Source: Actinomycetota bacterium
Lineage (GTDB): Bacteria > Actinomycetota > Actinomycetes > Nanopelagicales > Nanopelagicaceae
Direction of reading: 5' to 3'
DNA length: 64,000 nt
NCBI GenBank assembly: GCA_046051985.1
Contig: JBJONF010000001.1
Span: 42,294-106,293, forward strand
The notes below the pieces were generated by a model. It searched no databases. It had not been told where the DNA came from and saw only the letters and a program-made list of their open reading frames with translations. Made by a program: the position numbers and the translations under genes. Below, one piece after another: positions 1 to 9,903 of this stretch. Each line of letters begins with the position of its first letter. Positions within the stretch are counted from its first letter, which is position 1.

Positions 1-81
1 GCTCCAAAGAAGGCTAAGAAGTCACCTGCTAAGAAGAAGCCAGCAGCAAAGAAGGCTGTAAAGAAGGGTAAGAAGAAGTAA
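1..81 (+). CDS. hup: 3' end of HU-family (HupB-like) DNA-binding protein, Lys/Ala-rich tail (partial)
   Basis: Frame 1 reads APKKAKKSPAKKKPAAKKAVKKGKKK* (TAA 79-81). This matches the PAKK-type tail of actinobacterial HU, and hup usually lies upstream of the acyltransferase-gpsA-ddl block. Confidence 0.75.
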   Translation, partial: APKKAKKSPAKKKPAAKKAVKKGKKK

Positions 82-97
82 TTCTTTTTAACTTAAG

Positions 98-129
98 AAA
101 CGGGGTCAGCTAACGCTGGCCCCGTTTTT
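98..129 (+). terminator. Intrinsic terminator after hup
   Basis: Hairpin aaacggggtcagc-taac-gctggccccgttt ending in a T run. Confidence 0.85.
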
Positions 130-155
130 GCATGTGCAGCACTACTATTAAGGCC

Positions 156-938
156 ATGACGGAGTTCAAGGTTTCATATGCTCCACCCACAGGAAAGCCA
201 CTCGGCACAAACTTCGCCTTTAAGTTAGGCACCAAGGTATTGATTCCCATTATGAATTTAGTGGGCAAGAAAATTTGGCGAGGAGGCGAAAACCTTCCTA
301 AAACCGGCAAGATTATTGTTGCCAGCAACCATGTCTCTTACTTAGATGTTTTGTTCCTGACGCACTTTCTTTTCCGCAATGGCCGAGCTCCTCGCTATAT
401 CGGCAAAGAGGGTGTGTTTAAGGTTCCAGTAATTGGAAAGATTGTTTTGGCCGCAGGCATGGTTCCAGTTGCCAGAGAAAGCAAGGATGCATCAAAAGCT
501 CTAGATCATGCGGTTCGACTTTTAGATCTTGGACATTGTGTAGGCGTTTACCCTGAAGGCACATTAACCAGAGACCCACTTGGTTGGCCGATGGTTGCCA
601 AAACAGGTCTAGCGCGTTTAGCCATCGCCACCCAGACACCAATTGTTCCAATTGCTCAATGGGGATCCCAGATCGTGATGCCAACCTATGAAAAGAAAAT
701 TAAATTTTTCCCGCGCACGCCTATCAAGATTTTAGTTGGAAAGCCACTTGATCTCTCTGCCTGGTACGGAAAAGAAAATGATGCCGAGGCACTGCGTGAA
801 GCCACTGCATTTGTGATGCGCGAGCTTACAAATTTGCTAGAAGAGCTACGCGGTGAAAAACGTCCAGTGGAAATCTTTGACCTCCACAATTCAACTCTGC
901 CTAAAACCGGAAACTTCAAGAAGGTTAAAAAGAAGTGA
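156..938 (+). CDS. Lysophospholipid (1-acyl-glycerol-3-phosphate) acyltransferase, PlsC family
   Basis: NHVSYLD (HX4D) and YPEGT motifs. Start moved to ATG 156, 7 nt after a TACTAT -10 box. Confidence 0.9.
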   Translation: MTEFKVSYAPPTGKPLGTNFAFKLGTKVLIPIMNLVGKKIWRGGENLPKTGKIIVASNHVSYLDVLFLTHFLFRNGRAPRYIGKEGVFKVPVIGKIVLAAGMVPVARESKDASKALDHAVRLLDLGHCVGVYPEGTLTRDPLGWPMVAKTGLARLAIATQTPIVPIAQWGSQIVMPTYEKKIKFFPRTPIKILVGKPLDLSAWYGKENDAEALREATAFVMRELTNLLEELRGEKRPVEIFDLHNSTLPKTGNFKKVKKK

Positions 939-1936
939 GCAAGGTTGTTGTACTTGGCGCGGGTCAGTGGGGAACCACTATGGCGCAAGTTCTTTGTGAT
1001 GCTGGAAACCATGTATTGATGTGGGGGCGTAGCCAAGGGCTAGTTGATGAAATAAATCTAAAGCATACAAACTCCAAGTATTTAGATGAGAATATTTTGC
1101 CGGTGGGTTTGAAGGCAACTTCCTCATTAACCGAAGCTTTTGAATATTCCAACATTTATGTTCTGGCCATCCCAGCACAAGCTCTGCGCGAGAATCTAAA
1201 TAGTTGGAAGCCTCTGTTTCAACCAAATGCATTGATCATTAGTACCTTAAAGGGTATAGAGACAAGCACAAAGTTTCGCATGACTGAAATTGTTTCAGAG
1301 GTTTTAGAAACCGAAAATATTGCAATTATTACTGGCCCGAACCTTGCTAATGAGCTTGTTTTACGCCAACCAGCTGGCGCTGTTGCCGCAGCTCCCACAA
1401 TTGCAATCGCTGAAAAAGTTCAACAATTGTTTACAACACCGTATTACCGCGTCTACACGTCGGTCGATGTCTTGGGCTGTGAATTAGCAGGTGCGATTAA
1501 AAGCGTGATTGCCTTGGCGGTTGGAATGTCGATTGGCATGGGATACGGCGAAAATACTCAAGCCATGTTGATTACACGTGGACTTAATGAAGTAGCTCGG
1601 CTCTGCGCTGCTCATAAAGCTGACCCCTTAAGTGCAGCGGGATTAGCAGGCATGGGCGACTTAGTTGCAAGTTGCGGATCAGCACTTTCTCGAAATCGTA
1701 CCTTTGGCGAGGTTTTAGGAAAAAGTGGATCGATGGATGTCGCAAGAACAACTGTGGCAAAGACTGTTGAAGGTGTTGCTTCATCTAGCGCAGTTCTTGA
1801 AATAGCACACCGCGTTGGGATAGAAGTTCCTGTAATTGAAGCGGTAGCAGATGTTGTCGCAGGAACATTGACCCCTGAGCAAGCTATTGATCGACTTATG
1901 GAGATTACAACGAAGGCTGAAAATTTCATTCGATGA
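935..1936 (+). CDS. gpsA: NAD(P)H-dependent glycerol-3-phosphate dehydrogenase
   Basis: GAGQWG Rossmann motif, GPNLA, GMGDLVASC..SRNR. Confidence 0.95.
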   Translation: MSKVVVLGAGQWGTTMAQVLCDAGNHVLMWGRSQGLVDEINLKHTNSKYLDENILPVGLKATSSLTEAFEYSNIYVLAIPAQALRENLNSWKPLFQPNALIISTLKGIETSTKFRMTEIVSEVLETENIAIITGPNLANELVLRQPAGAVAAAPTIAIAEKVQQLFTTPYYRVYTSVDVLGCELAGAIKSVIALAVGMSIGMGYGENTQAMLITRGLNEVARLCAAHKADPLSAAGLAGMGDLVASCGSALSRNRTFGEVLGKSGSMDVARTTVAKTVEGVASSSAVLEIAHRVGIEVPVIEAVADVVAGTLTPEQAIDRLMEITTKAENFIR

Positions 1937-2961
1937 GCCAAAAAACTGTAGCGATTATCTGTGGGGGACCCAGTAGCGAACATGAAGTTTCATGTGTTTC
2001 TGGTGGAGGCGTCTTAAAAGGTTTAGATACAAAACTCTTTACTCCGCTTTTGGTTGGAATTACTAAGGGCGGTAAGTGGGTCAGCCTTGAAAACAACTAC
2101 CCGTTGGCAATAGTTAACAAGGTGATGCCCACAATTGAAGACAATGGAACCTCCGTTGAACTTGTACAAGGTGGTCTTGTCATCGATGGAAAGTTTGTTC
2201 ATGTGGATTGCGTGTTTTCAGTACTTCATGGCGAATTTGGCGAAGACGGAAAGATTCAGCAGTTATTAGAAGATGTTGGTGTTGCCTACGTGGGCAGCGG
2301 AGTTAAAGCATCTGCGGATGCGATGGATAAAGCGCGAGCCAAAGAGCTATTTTCTGCAGCAGGCATGAAAGTTGCACCTGGTTTTGTTGTGAAAAAAGGT
2401 GACGCGTATCCTGATCCGCAGACATTTACGTATCCAGTCTTTGTAAAGCCATCAAGTGGTGGATCAAGTCGTGGTACTCACAAAGTTAAATCATCAGCGC
2501 AATTTGGCCCGGCAATTGATGATGCATTCACATACGATGACAAAGTTTTGGTTGAAAATGCAATCAATGGACGTGAAATAGAGTGCGCAGTCCTTGAGCG
2601 CGATGGAACCAGCTACGCATCCGTTGTGGGCGAAATTGTGGTTAATCCTCAATTCGAATTTTATGATTTTGAGGCAAAGTATTTAGATGATGCCACTACC
2701 GTAAAAATTCCTGCGGCAATCCCTGAAGAGGATGCTCAATTAATTCAAATTGCTGCCATGCAGGCTTTTGATGCGCTTGGTTGTTCTGGACTAGCGCGTT
2801 GTGATTTCTTTTATACTCATGACAACGAAATCATTATTAATGAGATAAACACAATGCCAGGCTTTACGGGAACTAGCGTTTATCCAAAATTGTGGGATGC
2901 GACAGGGGTTAGTTACAGCGCACTAATTACGGGGTTGATCGAATCTGCCCTTAGTAAGTAG
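1933..2961 (+). CDS. ddl: D-alanine--D-alanine ligase
   Basis: GGxSxEHEVS, LHGxxGEDG, YDFEAKY and NEINTMPG motifs. Confidence 0.95.
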   Translation: MSQKTVAIICGGPSSEHEVSCVSGGGVLKGLDTKLFTPLLVGITKGGKWVSLENNYPLAIVNKVMPTIEDNGTSVELVQGGLVIDGKFVHVDCVFSVLHGEFGEDGKIQQLLEDVGVAYVGSGVKASADAMDKARAKELFSAAGMKVAPGFVVKKGDAYPDPQTFTYPVFVKPSSGGSSRGTHKVKSSAQFGPAIDDAFTYDDKVLVENAINGREIECAVLERDGTSYASVVGEIVVNPQFEFYDFEAKYLDDATTVKIPAAIPEEDAQLIQIAAMQAFDALGCSGLARCDFFYTHDNEIIINEINTMPGFTGTSVYPKLWDATGVSYSALITGLIESALSK

Positions 2962-2970
2962 GCGAGAAAA

Positions 2971-3210
2971 TTAGCTCAGGTGTGTAACTGGGCAAGTCAA
3001 AGTGCGTGTAATTCCAGGTACACCTTGCACCTTTGAAAGAACTAGACGACCAAACTCTTCCATACTTGCAGCTTCTGCACGCATGATTACATCGTAAGGA
3101 CCAGTAACACCTTCGGACAAAGTAACGCCAGGGATCTTTGCTACAGCATCTGCAACTCCTGTTGCCTTGCCAACTTCAGTTTGGATCAAGATGAAAGCCT
3201 GTACTGACAT
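2971..3210 (-). CDS. Stand-alone Lrp/AsnC ligand-binding domain protein
   Basis: AFILIQTEVG..VTGPYDVI..TRTLTCP with no HTH. Usual neighbour of thiL in Actinobacteria. Confidence 0.85.
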   Translation of the reverse strand: MSVQAFILIQTEVGKATGVADAVAKIPGVTLSEGVTGPYDVIMRAEAASMEEFGRLVLSKVQGVPGITRTLTCPVTHLS

Positions 3211-3285
3211 GAGAAGTCCCTTCTGGTCGATGGCTCAACGCTACCGCAGATGAGCCCGACGAGGTAGTCCAATAGGCTAAGCGGT

Positions 3286-4206
3286 ATGAACTTCGATGAG
3301 GCAGGGGTAATTGCCGCACTGGCACGCATCTTTGGTACATCGGGGCGAGGAGTCGAAATCGGAATTGGCGATGACGCCGCGGTCGTAAAAACTTCAGAAC
3401 GCACCGCAATCACAACTGATGTCGCAGTTGAAGGAACACATTTTAATACCGAATGGTCTAGTGCTTTTGATATTGGCCGAAAGATAACTGCGGCAAATCT
3501 TGCAGATGTGTATGCAATGGGCGGTTCACCAAGGTATTTGGTGGCCGCGGTAACTCTTACCGGTCAAGAGTCCATCGAATGGATTGAAGAACTTGCCGAA
3601 GGTATTGCGCACGAGGCAAGCAGCTGCGGTGCCTATGTTGTCGGAGGCGATTTAGCCAAAGGTCCATGCATTTCTATTTCAATAACGGCTATTGGCCAGA
3701 TTGATACCGCAATCACTAGATCCGGTGCACAAAGTGGTGATTTAATTTTTATCTCTTCATTGCCAGGTTGGTCAGCTGCGGGCCTTGCAATTATTGAGAA
3801 AGATTTAGATACAGATATGGCATTGCACGCGGTCTCTGAGTTTTCTGCACCAACAGTTGATTATTCTGCTGCGGTTCAATTTTCAAATGGAAAAGCTACT
3901 TCTATGTGTGACGTGAGTGATGCCTTAATAATTCAGGCCGAGCAAGTTGCGCTTGCATCTGGAGTTCAATTTGTGATTGATAAAGAATTGATCCGCAGCC
4001 ACCCTGAGTTTGTGACCTTAAGTGAATTGGCAGAATCAGTCGGTGAAGATGTATGGCAATGGATTCTGGCCGGGGGCGAGGATCATGTATTTCTGGCAAC
4101 TGGAAAAGATTTAGGCGGATTCTGTATTGGAGTAGTTGAAGAAGGTGCTGGCGTAAGTGGCGTAGAAATGAAAAAAGCGCCAGATACCTGGCGCCACTTT
4201 CAATAA
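3286..4206 (+). CDS. thiL: Thiamine-monophosphate kinase
   Basis: GIGDDAAV, NLADVYAMGG, GGD, DVSD and GGEDH motifs. Confidence 0.93.
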   Translation: MNFDEAGVIAALARIFGTSGRGVEIGIGDDAAVVKTSERTAITTDVAVEGTHFNTEWSSAFDIGRKITAANLADVYAMGGSPRYLVAAVTLTGQESIEWIEELAEGIAHEASSCGAYVVGGDLAKGPCISISITAIGQIDTAITRSGAQSGDLIFISSLPGWSAAGLAIIEKDLDTDMALHAVSEFSAPTVDYSAAVQFSNGKATSMCDVSDALIIQAEQVALASGVQFVIDKELIRSHPEFVTLSELAESVGEDVWQWILAGGEDHVFLATGKDLGGFCIGVVEEGAGVSGVEMKKAPDTWRHFQ

Positions 4207-4218
4207 GAAAACTTTAAA

Positions 4219-4404
4219 TTAACGTGTAACTTTTCCAGCCTTAAGGCATGAAGTACAAACGTTTTGACGCTTTGCAGTTCCACCAACAAGGGTGCGAACG
4301 CGCTGGATGTTTGGATTCCAACGACGACGGGTCTTGACCTGTGAGTGAGAAACATTGTTTCCAAAGCTTGGGCCTTTGCCACAGATATCGCATGTTGATG
4401 CCAC
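4219..4404 (-). CDS. rpmB: 50S ribosomal protein L28 (Cys-containing form)
   Basis: MASTCDICGKGPSFGNNVSHSQVKTRRRWNPNIQ...CTSCLKAGKV. GTG at 4404 follows an AGGAG RBS; the ORF-track start at 4572 is over-extended. Confidence 0.96.
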   Translation of the reverse strand: MASTCDICGKGPSFGNNVSHSQVKTRRRWNPNIQRVRTLVGGTAKRQNVCTSCLKAGKVTR

Positions 4405-4562
4405 AGCGGTACTCCTTTTATTTGTTCTGTTGAACTCGTTCCAATGGGAACAGGGCGTAAGGGTACCCCGTAGGCGGGGGAGGAAGCCAATTTCGCCCCA
4501 GATGAAGCAACTCTCATGCGCAGGTAAGCCAGATAAACCACATTGCGGGGGAGAATGCTCGC

Positions 4563-6740
4563 GTGGCCACACTCGAGAGCAAGGTTTCTGCCGTTGTTGG
4601 CGACCGTACCGCCAAGGTTCTCTCGACCGTTTTTGGGATCAGCACCGTTGGGGATCTGGTGCGCCACTATCCACGCAGGTACATGGTCCGCGGGGAATTG
4701 TCCGATATCTCGCAGCTACGCGAAGGCGATGAGACCACAATTTTGGCGCAGATTTATTCAACAACTAATCGCCCCTTACGTGGTCGTAAAGGAAGCATCC
4801 TGGAAGTAGTTGTTACCGATGGCACGGACAAGTTGTCGCTGACATTTTTTAACCAAGCCTGGCGTGAAAAAGATTTAAAGATCGGGCGACAAGGACTTTT
4901 TGCCGGAAAAGTTGGTGTCTTCAACAATAAGAAGCAGTTGGCCCACCCTGATTATGAGTTGATCCCTGATGGTTCAGATGTGGATTCTGCCGTTGAAGGT
5001 TTTGCAGGAAAATTTCTACCAGTTTATCCAGCCTCTTCAAAGCTCCCATCGTGGAAAATTTCTCAATGTGCCCAGCTTGCAATCGGAGCATTAGATGAAA
5101 TTGAAGATTTTTTACCGGAAAGTATTCGTGAGCGACACCAGTATCCGACTTTGCAACAAGCGTTAGTACAACTGCACCAACCAGCAGATCTAGATCATGC
5201 AGAAAATGCACGTGAGCGCCTTACTTTTGATGAGGCTTTTCTACTGCAAGCACTTTTGGTTATACGCCGCAATCAATTAAAGAAGTTGAATTCAACATCA
5301 AGAAAGAGAATTTCCGGCGGCCTTCTTGATTCATTTGATAAATCCTTGCCATTTGAATTAACTGCAGGGCAAATCGCTGTGTGCAAAGAGATTGAAAGTG
5401 ATTTAGCCCAGCCACATCCGATGCATCGACTACTACAAGGCGAAGTTGGATCGGGTAAAACAATCGTTGCTTTGCGTGCCATGTTGGCAGTCGTTGACAG
5501 CGGGGGACAGGCCGCATTACTAGCGCCCACCGAAGTTTTAGCTGCCCAACATCTTCGAACTATTCAAAAGCAATTAGGAACTTTGGCGCAAGGCGGAATG
5601 TTGGGTGGGTCGGATGCAGGAACCCAAGTAACGCTGATTACCGGATCACAATCGGCACAGGCCAGACGAGAAGCACTTGCGAAGGCAGCAGATGGAACTG
5701 CTGGAATTGTCATTGGTACTCATGCGTTGTTAGGTGAATCAGTTGTTTTCAAAGATCTTGGTTTAATTGTTGTTGATGAGCAACATAGATTTGGTGTGGA
5801 GCAACGAGATGCGTTGAAAGAGAAAGCGGTATTGCCTCCGCACTTGTTAGTTATGACAGCAACCCCAATTCCTAGAACTGTCGCCATGACAGTTTTTGGT
5901 GATTTAGATGTTTCGACCTTGCGCGAGCTTCCATTGGGTCGTCAACCAATCACAACGCATGTGGTTCCCGTAAAAGAGAAACCGAATTACATGGAGCGTG
6001 CTTGGAAACGAATTCGGGAAGAAGTTGAACAAGGCCATCAGGCATATGTTGTTGCCCCTCGAATTTCGGCAGATCCTGACGCTGGAGCAGATGCGGATTT
6101 AGATTTTCTTTTCGGTGAAGAATCAGATGAAATTTCATCGGTCGAAGAGCTGGCACCGATGTTGCATGCAGGTCCGCTACAAGGGCTGAAAATCGCTATT
6201 TTGCATGGTCGTTTAGCTGCAGATGAGAAAGATGCCACCATGCAGGCATTTTCCAAGGGAGAGATTGATGTTTTAGTCTCAACCACAGTCATTGAAGTTG
6301 GCGTGGATGTTCCCAACGCAACAATTATGGTGATCATGGATGCTGACAGATTTGGTGTTTCTCAATTGCACCAATTAAGAGGCCGTGTTGGGCGTGGTAC
6401 CTCACCTGGTCTTTGTTTATTGGTCTCGCATTGCGAGGAATTAACGCCGGCACGCGAACGACTCAACGCGGTAGCTGCCACCGTTGATGGCTTTGAACTC
6501 TCCAGAATTGATCTTGAGCAAAGGCGAGAAGGAGATGTTCTAGGTGCCAGCCAATCTGGAACCCAGTCGCATTTGCGTTTATTGCGGGTCTTGCGTGATG
6601 AATCCTTGATTGAGCTAGCCCGAGAAGATGCCGATCAATTGATTGCAACAGATAATGATTTAACCAACTATCCTTTGCTTAAGAAAGAGCTTGCGCAATT
6701 ACAGCGAGATCAAGCGGTCGATTACTTGGATAAGGGTTAG
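4563..6740 (+). CDS. recG: ATP-dependent DNA helicase RecG
   Basis: GEVGSGKT, DEQH, MTATPIPRT and QLRGRVGR motifs plus N-terminal OB wedge. Confidence 0.97.
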   Translation: MATLESKVSAVVGDRTAKVLSTVFGISTVGDLVRHYPRRYMVRGELSDISQLREGDETTILAQIYSTTNRPLRGRKGSILEVVVTDGTDKLSLTFFNQAWREKDLKIGRQGLFAGKVGVFNNKKQLAHPDYELIPDGSDVDSAVEGFAGKFLPVYPASSKLPSWKISQCAQLAIGALDEIEDFLPESIRERHQYPTLQQALVQLHQPADLDHAENARERLTFDEAFLLQALLVIRRNQLKKLNSTSRKRISGGLLDSFDKSLPFELTAGQIAVCKEIESDLAQPHPMHRLLQGEVGSGKTIVALRAMLAVVDSGGQAALLAPTEVLAAQHLRTIQKQLGTLAQGGMLGGSDAGTQVTLITGSQSAQARREALAKAADGTAGIVIGTHALLGESVVFKDLGLIVVDEQHRFGVEQRDALKEKAVLPPHLLVMTATPIPRTVAMTVFGDLDVSTLRELPLGRQPITTHVVPVKEKPNYMERAWKRIREEVEQGHQAYVVAPRISADPDAGADADLDFLFGEESDEISSVEELAPMLHAGPLQGLKIAILHGRLAADEKDATMQAFSKGEIDVLVSTTVIEVGVDVPNATIMVIMDADRFGVSQLHQLRGRVGRGTSPGLCLLVSHCEELTPARERLNAVAATVDGFELSRIDLEQRREGDVLGASQSGTQSHLRLLRVLRDESLIELAREDADQLIATDNDLTNYPLLKKELAQLQRDQAVDYLDKG

Positions 6741-6744
6741 TACA

Positions 6745-7314
6745 TTGAGAATCATTGCAGGTGTTGCTCGCGGACGAACTTTGGGTTCTGTTGCAGGTGC
6801 GACGAGACCAACTTCAGATCGGGCACGCGAAGGTCTTTTCTCATCACTACTTTCCGAATTTGGAAGCTTTGAAGGCCTACATGTACTTGATCTCTTTGGG
6901 GGATCTGGGGCGATTGCGCTGGAATCACTATCTCGCGGTGCAACCTTGGTGCATGTTGTAGAAAAAGATGATGAAGCTCAAAAAACGATTGAAAATAATT
7001 ACGAGCTCGTTAAGAAATCTAATCCAAGTGGAAAACTGCAACTCTTTGGAATGAGTGCGGAAAGATTTCTAAAGGATTTACCAAAAACAAAGTATCACTT
7101 GGTGTACATCGATCCGCCTTATGATTTTAGTAATCAAGCAGTAGAAGATGTTTTGAGCGCGCTGTATGACGGAGAATTTTTAAGCAGTGATGCCTTTATC
7201 GCAGTGGAGCGAACAGCTAGAGGGCCGCAGTTCATTTGGCCCGACGCCTATGCACCCGCTCGCGAGCGAAATTATGGGCAAGCGACCATTTATTACGCTA
7301 ATTATCAGCCGTAA
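6745..7314 (+). CDS. rsmD: 16S rRNA m2G966 methyltransferase
   Basis: RIIAG..TRPTSDRARE, LDLFGGSG, DPPY. TTG start at 6745 chosen to match the family N-terminus. Confidence 0.93.
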   Translation: MRIIAGVARGRTLGSVAGATRPTSDRAREGLFSSLLSEFGSFEGLHVLDLFGGSGAIALESLSRGATLVHVVEKDDEAQKTIENNYELVKKSNPSGKLQLFGMSAERFLKDLPKTKYHLVYIDPPYDFSNQAVEDVLSALYDGEFLSSDAFIAVERTARGPQFIWPDAYAPARERNYGQATIYYANYQP

Positions 7315-7353
7315 GAATGGATTACTTGGCGCCATCTTGCTAGCGTTTACGCC

Positions 7354-7833
7354 ATGAAGCGCGCGGTATGCCCCGGATCCTTTGATCCGATCACATATGG
7401 GCATTTAGACATCATTGAGCGTGCGGCACAGCAATTTGATCACGTGGTTGTAGCAGTGCTGGAGAATAGAACTAAAGCAAGTCTCTTTACTGTCCAAGAG
7501 CGTATTTCAATGATCACTGCAGTCGTTGCTAAGTTCCCCAATGTGTCTGTGGATTCATGGAGCGGATTGTTGGTTGATTACTGCAAGAGTAATTCAATTC
7601 AAGCCATCGTTAAAGGACTTCGTGCGGTTTCAGATTTTGATTATGAACTACAAATGGCACAGGTGAATTTGCAAGGTTCAGGAGTTGAAACCATGTTCAT
7701 GGCAACGGCACCGTCACATTCATTCCTGTCATCATCTTTAGTAAAAGAGCTGGCTCATTACAACGGAGATGTATCAACGATGGTGCCGCCACCAATTAAT
7801 GAAGCACTCAAGCTACGAATAGCAGGGAAGTAA
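7354..7833 (+). CDS. coaD: Pantetheine-phosphate adenylyltransferase
   Basis: PGSFDPITYGH, KGLRAVSDFDYE, SSSLVKE. Confidence 0.97.
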   Translation: MKRAVCPGSFDPITYGHLDIIERAAQQFDHVVVAVLENRTKASLFTVQERISMITAVVAKFPNVSVDSWSGLLVDYCKSNSIQAIVKGLRAVSDFDYELQMAQVNLQGSGVETMFMATAPSHSFLSSSLVKELAHYNGDVSTMVPPPINEALKLRIAGK

Positions 7834-7835
7834 TT

Positions 7836-8318
7836 ATGGATTCAGTTGAAAAGTTAACCGCAGCAATCACGATGGTCGAAGAAGCTCGCGGAGTCCCGTT
7901 GTCTGCAAGCTGTGTTGTTCATCGTGCCGAAATGCTGGAAGTTCTAGATGATGCTCGTGAGTCCTTGCCAACTGATTTTGAATCAGCCAGAAAAATTATC
8001 GAAACCCGTGATGCAATTATCGAAGAGGCGCGAGTAAGTGCGGAACAAATGATTGCGATTGCGCGTGAAGATGTTTCACAGATGGTGGAACAGACATCTA
8101 TTGTTCAGATTGCCCGTGATGAAGCGCGCAAAATTCTTGATGATGCTCGCGAAACTGCGGAGATTGAGAAAGCCGAAGTTGAAGAGTACATCGATGGCAG
8201 ACTTGCAACCCTTGAAGTAATTCTCAATAAGACTATGGATGCTGTTTCACGTGGTCGGGATCGACTTGCTGGGGCAAATGATAAGGATGTTTTGTCTCAA
8301 CTTGCCGATGAAAACTAA
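7836..8318 (+). CDS. Conserved coiled-coil protein (DivIVA/SepIVA-like) between coaD and yceD
   Basis: VEEARGVPLSASCVV N-terminus and a charged coiled coil, in the conserved position. Confidence 0.7.
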   Translation: MDSVEKLTAAITMVEEARGVPLSASCVVHRAEMLEVLDDARESLPTDFESARKIIETRDAIIEEARVSAEQMIAIAREDVSQMVEQTSIVQIARDEARKILDDARETAEIEKAEVEEYIDGRLATLEVILNKTMDAVSRGRDRLAGANDKDVLSQLADEN

Positions 8319-8345
8319 TTCAAAAGTTAGTTTGAGAAAATCCTC

Positions 8346-8933
8346 ATGAGTAAACAGCCAGATACATTTCAACTCAATACATACGAACTGCCTCGTCGCG
8401 CCGGCGAGATGAAAGAGTATGTTCTTGATATCCCGGTGAAGGAAAAGTTCGGTGTGGATTTAATCGCTGTACCAGCAGGAGAATTCATTGAAGTTGATGC
8501 ACGCTTGGAATCAGTCACTGAAGGTATTTTGCTCAGCGCTGATGTCTATGCGGTAGCAAAAGGTGAATGCATACGTTGTCTTGATCCAGTTGAAATCGTG
8601 ATCGACCGCAAGATTCAAGAGCTCTATAACTACGAGCCAACAAATGAACGTGGCAAGAAAAAGAAGAAGCAAGAAGAAACTCTTGAGGATTTAGATATTG
8701 AAGATGAACTCATGATGGACGGGGACATCATGAATCTTGAAACGCCGATCCGCGATGCTGTGGTTTTATCCCTGCCCATTAATCCGTTATGCGACCAGGA
8801 TTGCCCCGGGTTGTGCCCTGAATGCGGGGGAAAATGGGCCGAACTGCCAGAAGATCACGCACACGAGGTCATCGACGCCCGTTGGGCAGGCCTAGGCGGG
8901 CTTAACCTCGACGATCCCGATTTCAAGATTTAG
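8346..8933 (+). CDS. YceD/DUF177 family protein
   Basis: ECIRCLD and PLCDQDCPGLCPECG motifs, DARW; upstream of rpmF. Confidence 0.9.
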   Translation: MSKQPDTFQLNTYELPRRAGEMKEYVLDIPVKEKFGVDLIAVPAGEFIEVDARLESVTEGILLSADVYAVAKGECIRCLDPVEIVIDRKIQELYNYEPTNERGKKKKKQEETLEDLDIEDELMMDGDIMNLETPIRDAVVLSLPINPLCDQDCPGLCPECGGKWAELPEDHAHEVIDARWAGLGGLNLDDPDFKI

Positions 8934-9001
8934 CCCTTTTGAGGGATACTTTCCCTCTGCGGCCACGTTGCCGCTGTCATGATTGAGAAGAGGTTAGAAC
9001 A

Positions 9002-9175
9002 GTGCCAGTACCAAAGCGAAAAATGTCGCGTTCAAAGACGCGTTCACGTCGTAGCCAGTGGAAAACTACTGCAGCAGCTCTTTCAACATGTGGTCAGTGC
9101 CAGCAACCAAAGTTGCAGCACACTGCTTGCCCAACATGCGGTACTTACAACCGTCGTCAGGTATTAGAGGTCTGA
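9002..9175 (+). CDS. rpmF: 50S ribosomal protein L32 (not in ORF track)
   Basis: Hand translation from GTG 9002: MPVPKRKMSRSKTRSRRSQWKTTAAALSTCGQCQQPKLQHTACPTCGTYNRRQVLEV*, with two CxxC pairs. Confidence 0.96.
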   Translation: MPVPKRKMSRSKTRSRRSQWKTTAAALSTCGQCQQPKLQHTACPTCGTYNRRQVLEV

Positions 9176-9185
9176 TCTGAGCTCC

Positions 9186-9863
9186 ATGCTCAGTGAGCAG
9201 CTGGGAGTAACACTCGATCCAGCTTTGCTTGAGTTGGCTTTTACACACCGATCATTTGCATATGAATCGGGGAGTAAAGAAACTAATGAACGACTCGAAT
9301 TTCTTGGTGACTCAGTTCTTGGCTTAATTGTCACCGAAGAGTTGTACAAGCGATATCCAGAATTTGATGAAAGTCGTTTATCGCCATTGCGTTCAGGTGT
9401 CGTCAACATGCGTGCGCTCGCAGATATTGCACGGGGGTTGGAACTAGGTCAGTACATCCGCCTTGGAAAAGGTGAGGAAGTTACAAATGGCCGCGATAAA
9501 AATTCCCTACTTGCAGATGCGCTCGAAGCACTTATCGGTGCAATTTATTTACAGTTTGGTTTTGCGCGTTGCACTGAAATTGTGCGCGACCTGATTACAC
9601 CTACGATGGATTCAGCGGTAGCTCGCGGCGCAGGTCTTGATGGAAAGACAGCGTTGCAAGAGCTCGCCGCGGCATTGGGTAAAGGCACCCCCGAATACAT
9701 TGTTAGCGAAGATGGTCCCGATCACGACAAGAACTTCACCGCCGTTGCGATGTTAGCCGGGGAAGCGTTAAGTCAGGGAACTGGAAAGAGCAAGCGAGAG
9801 GCTGAACAAGTTGCAGCCCGCACGGCCTACGAAGCTTTAAAAACCGCCAATCCGCAAGGCTGA
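9186..9863 (+). CDS. rnc: Ribonuclease III
   Basis: NERLEFLGDSVL signature and C-terminal dsRBD. Confidence 0.97.
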   Translation: MLSEQLGVTLDPALLELAFTHRSFAYESGSKETNERLEFLGDSVLGLIVTEELYKRYPEFDESRLSPLRSGVVNMRALADIARGLELGQYIRLGKGEEVTNGRDKNSLLADALEALIGAIYLQFGFARCTEIVRDLITPTMDSAVARGAGLDGKTALQELAAALGKGTPEYIVSEDGPDHDKNFTAVAMLAGEALSQGTGKSKREAEQVAARTAYEALKTANPQG

Positions 9864-9903
9864 ATTCGTCAAAATCACGCTCAATAGGCGATAGGTTTAC
9901 CGC

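Noticed and set aside
8979-9167. 62-aa plus-strand ORF in the track
   Set aside because: Wrong frame; the real gene is rpmF at 9002-9175.
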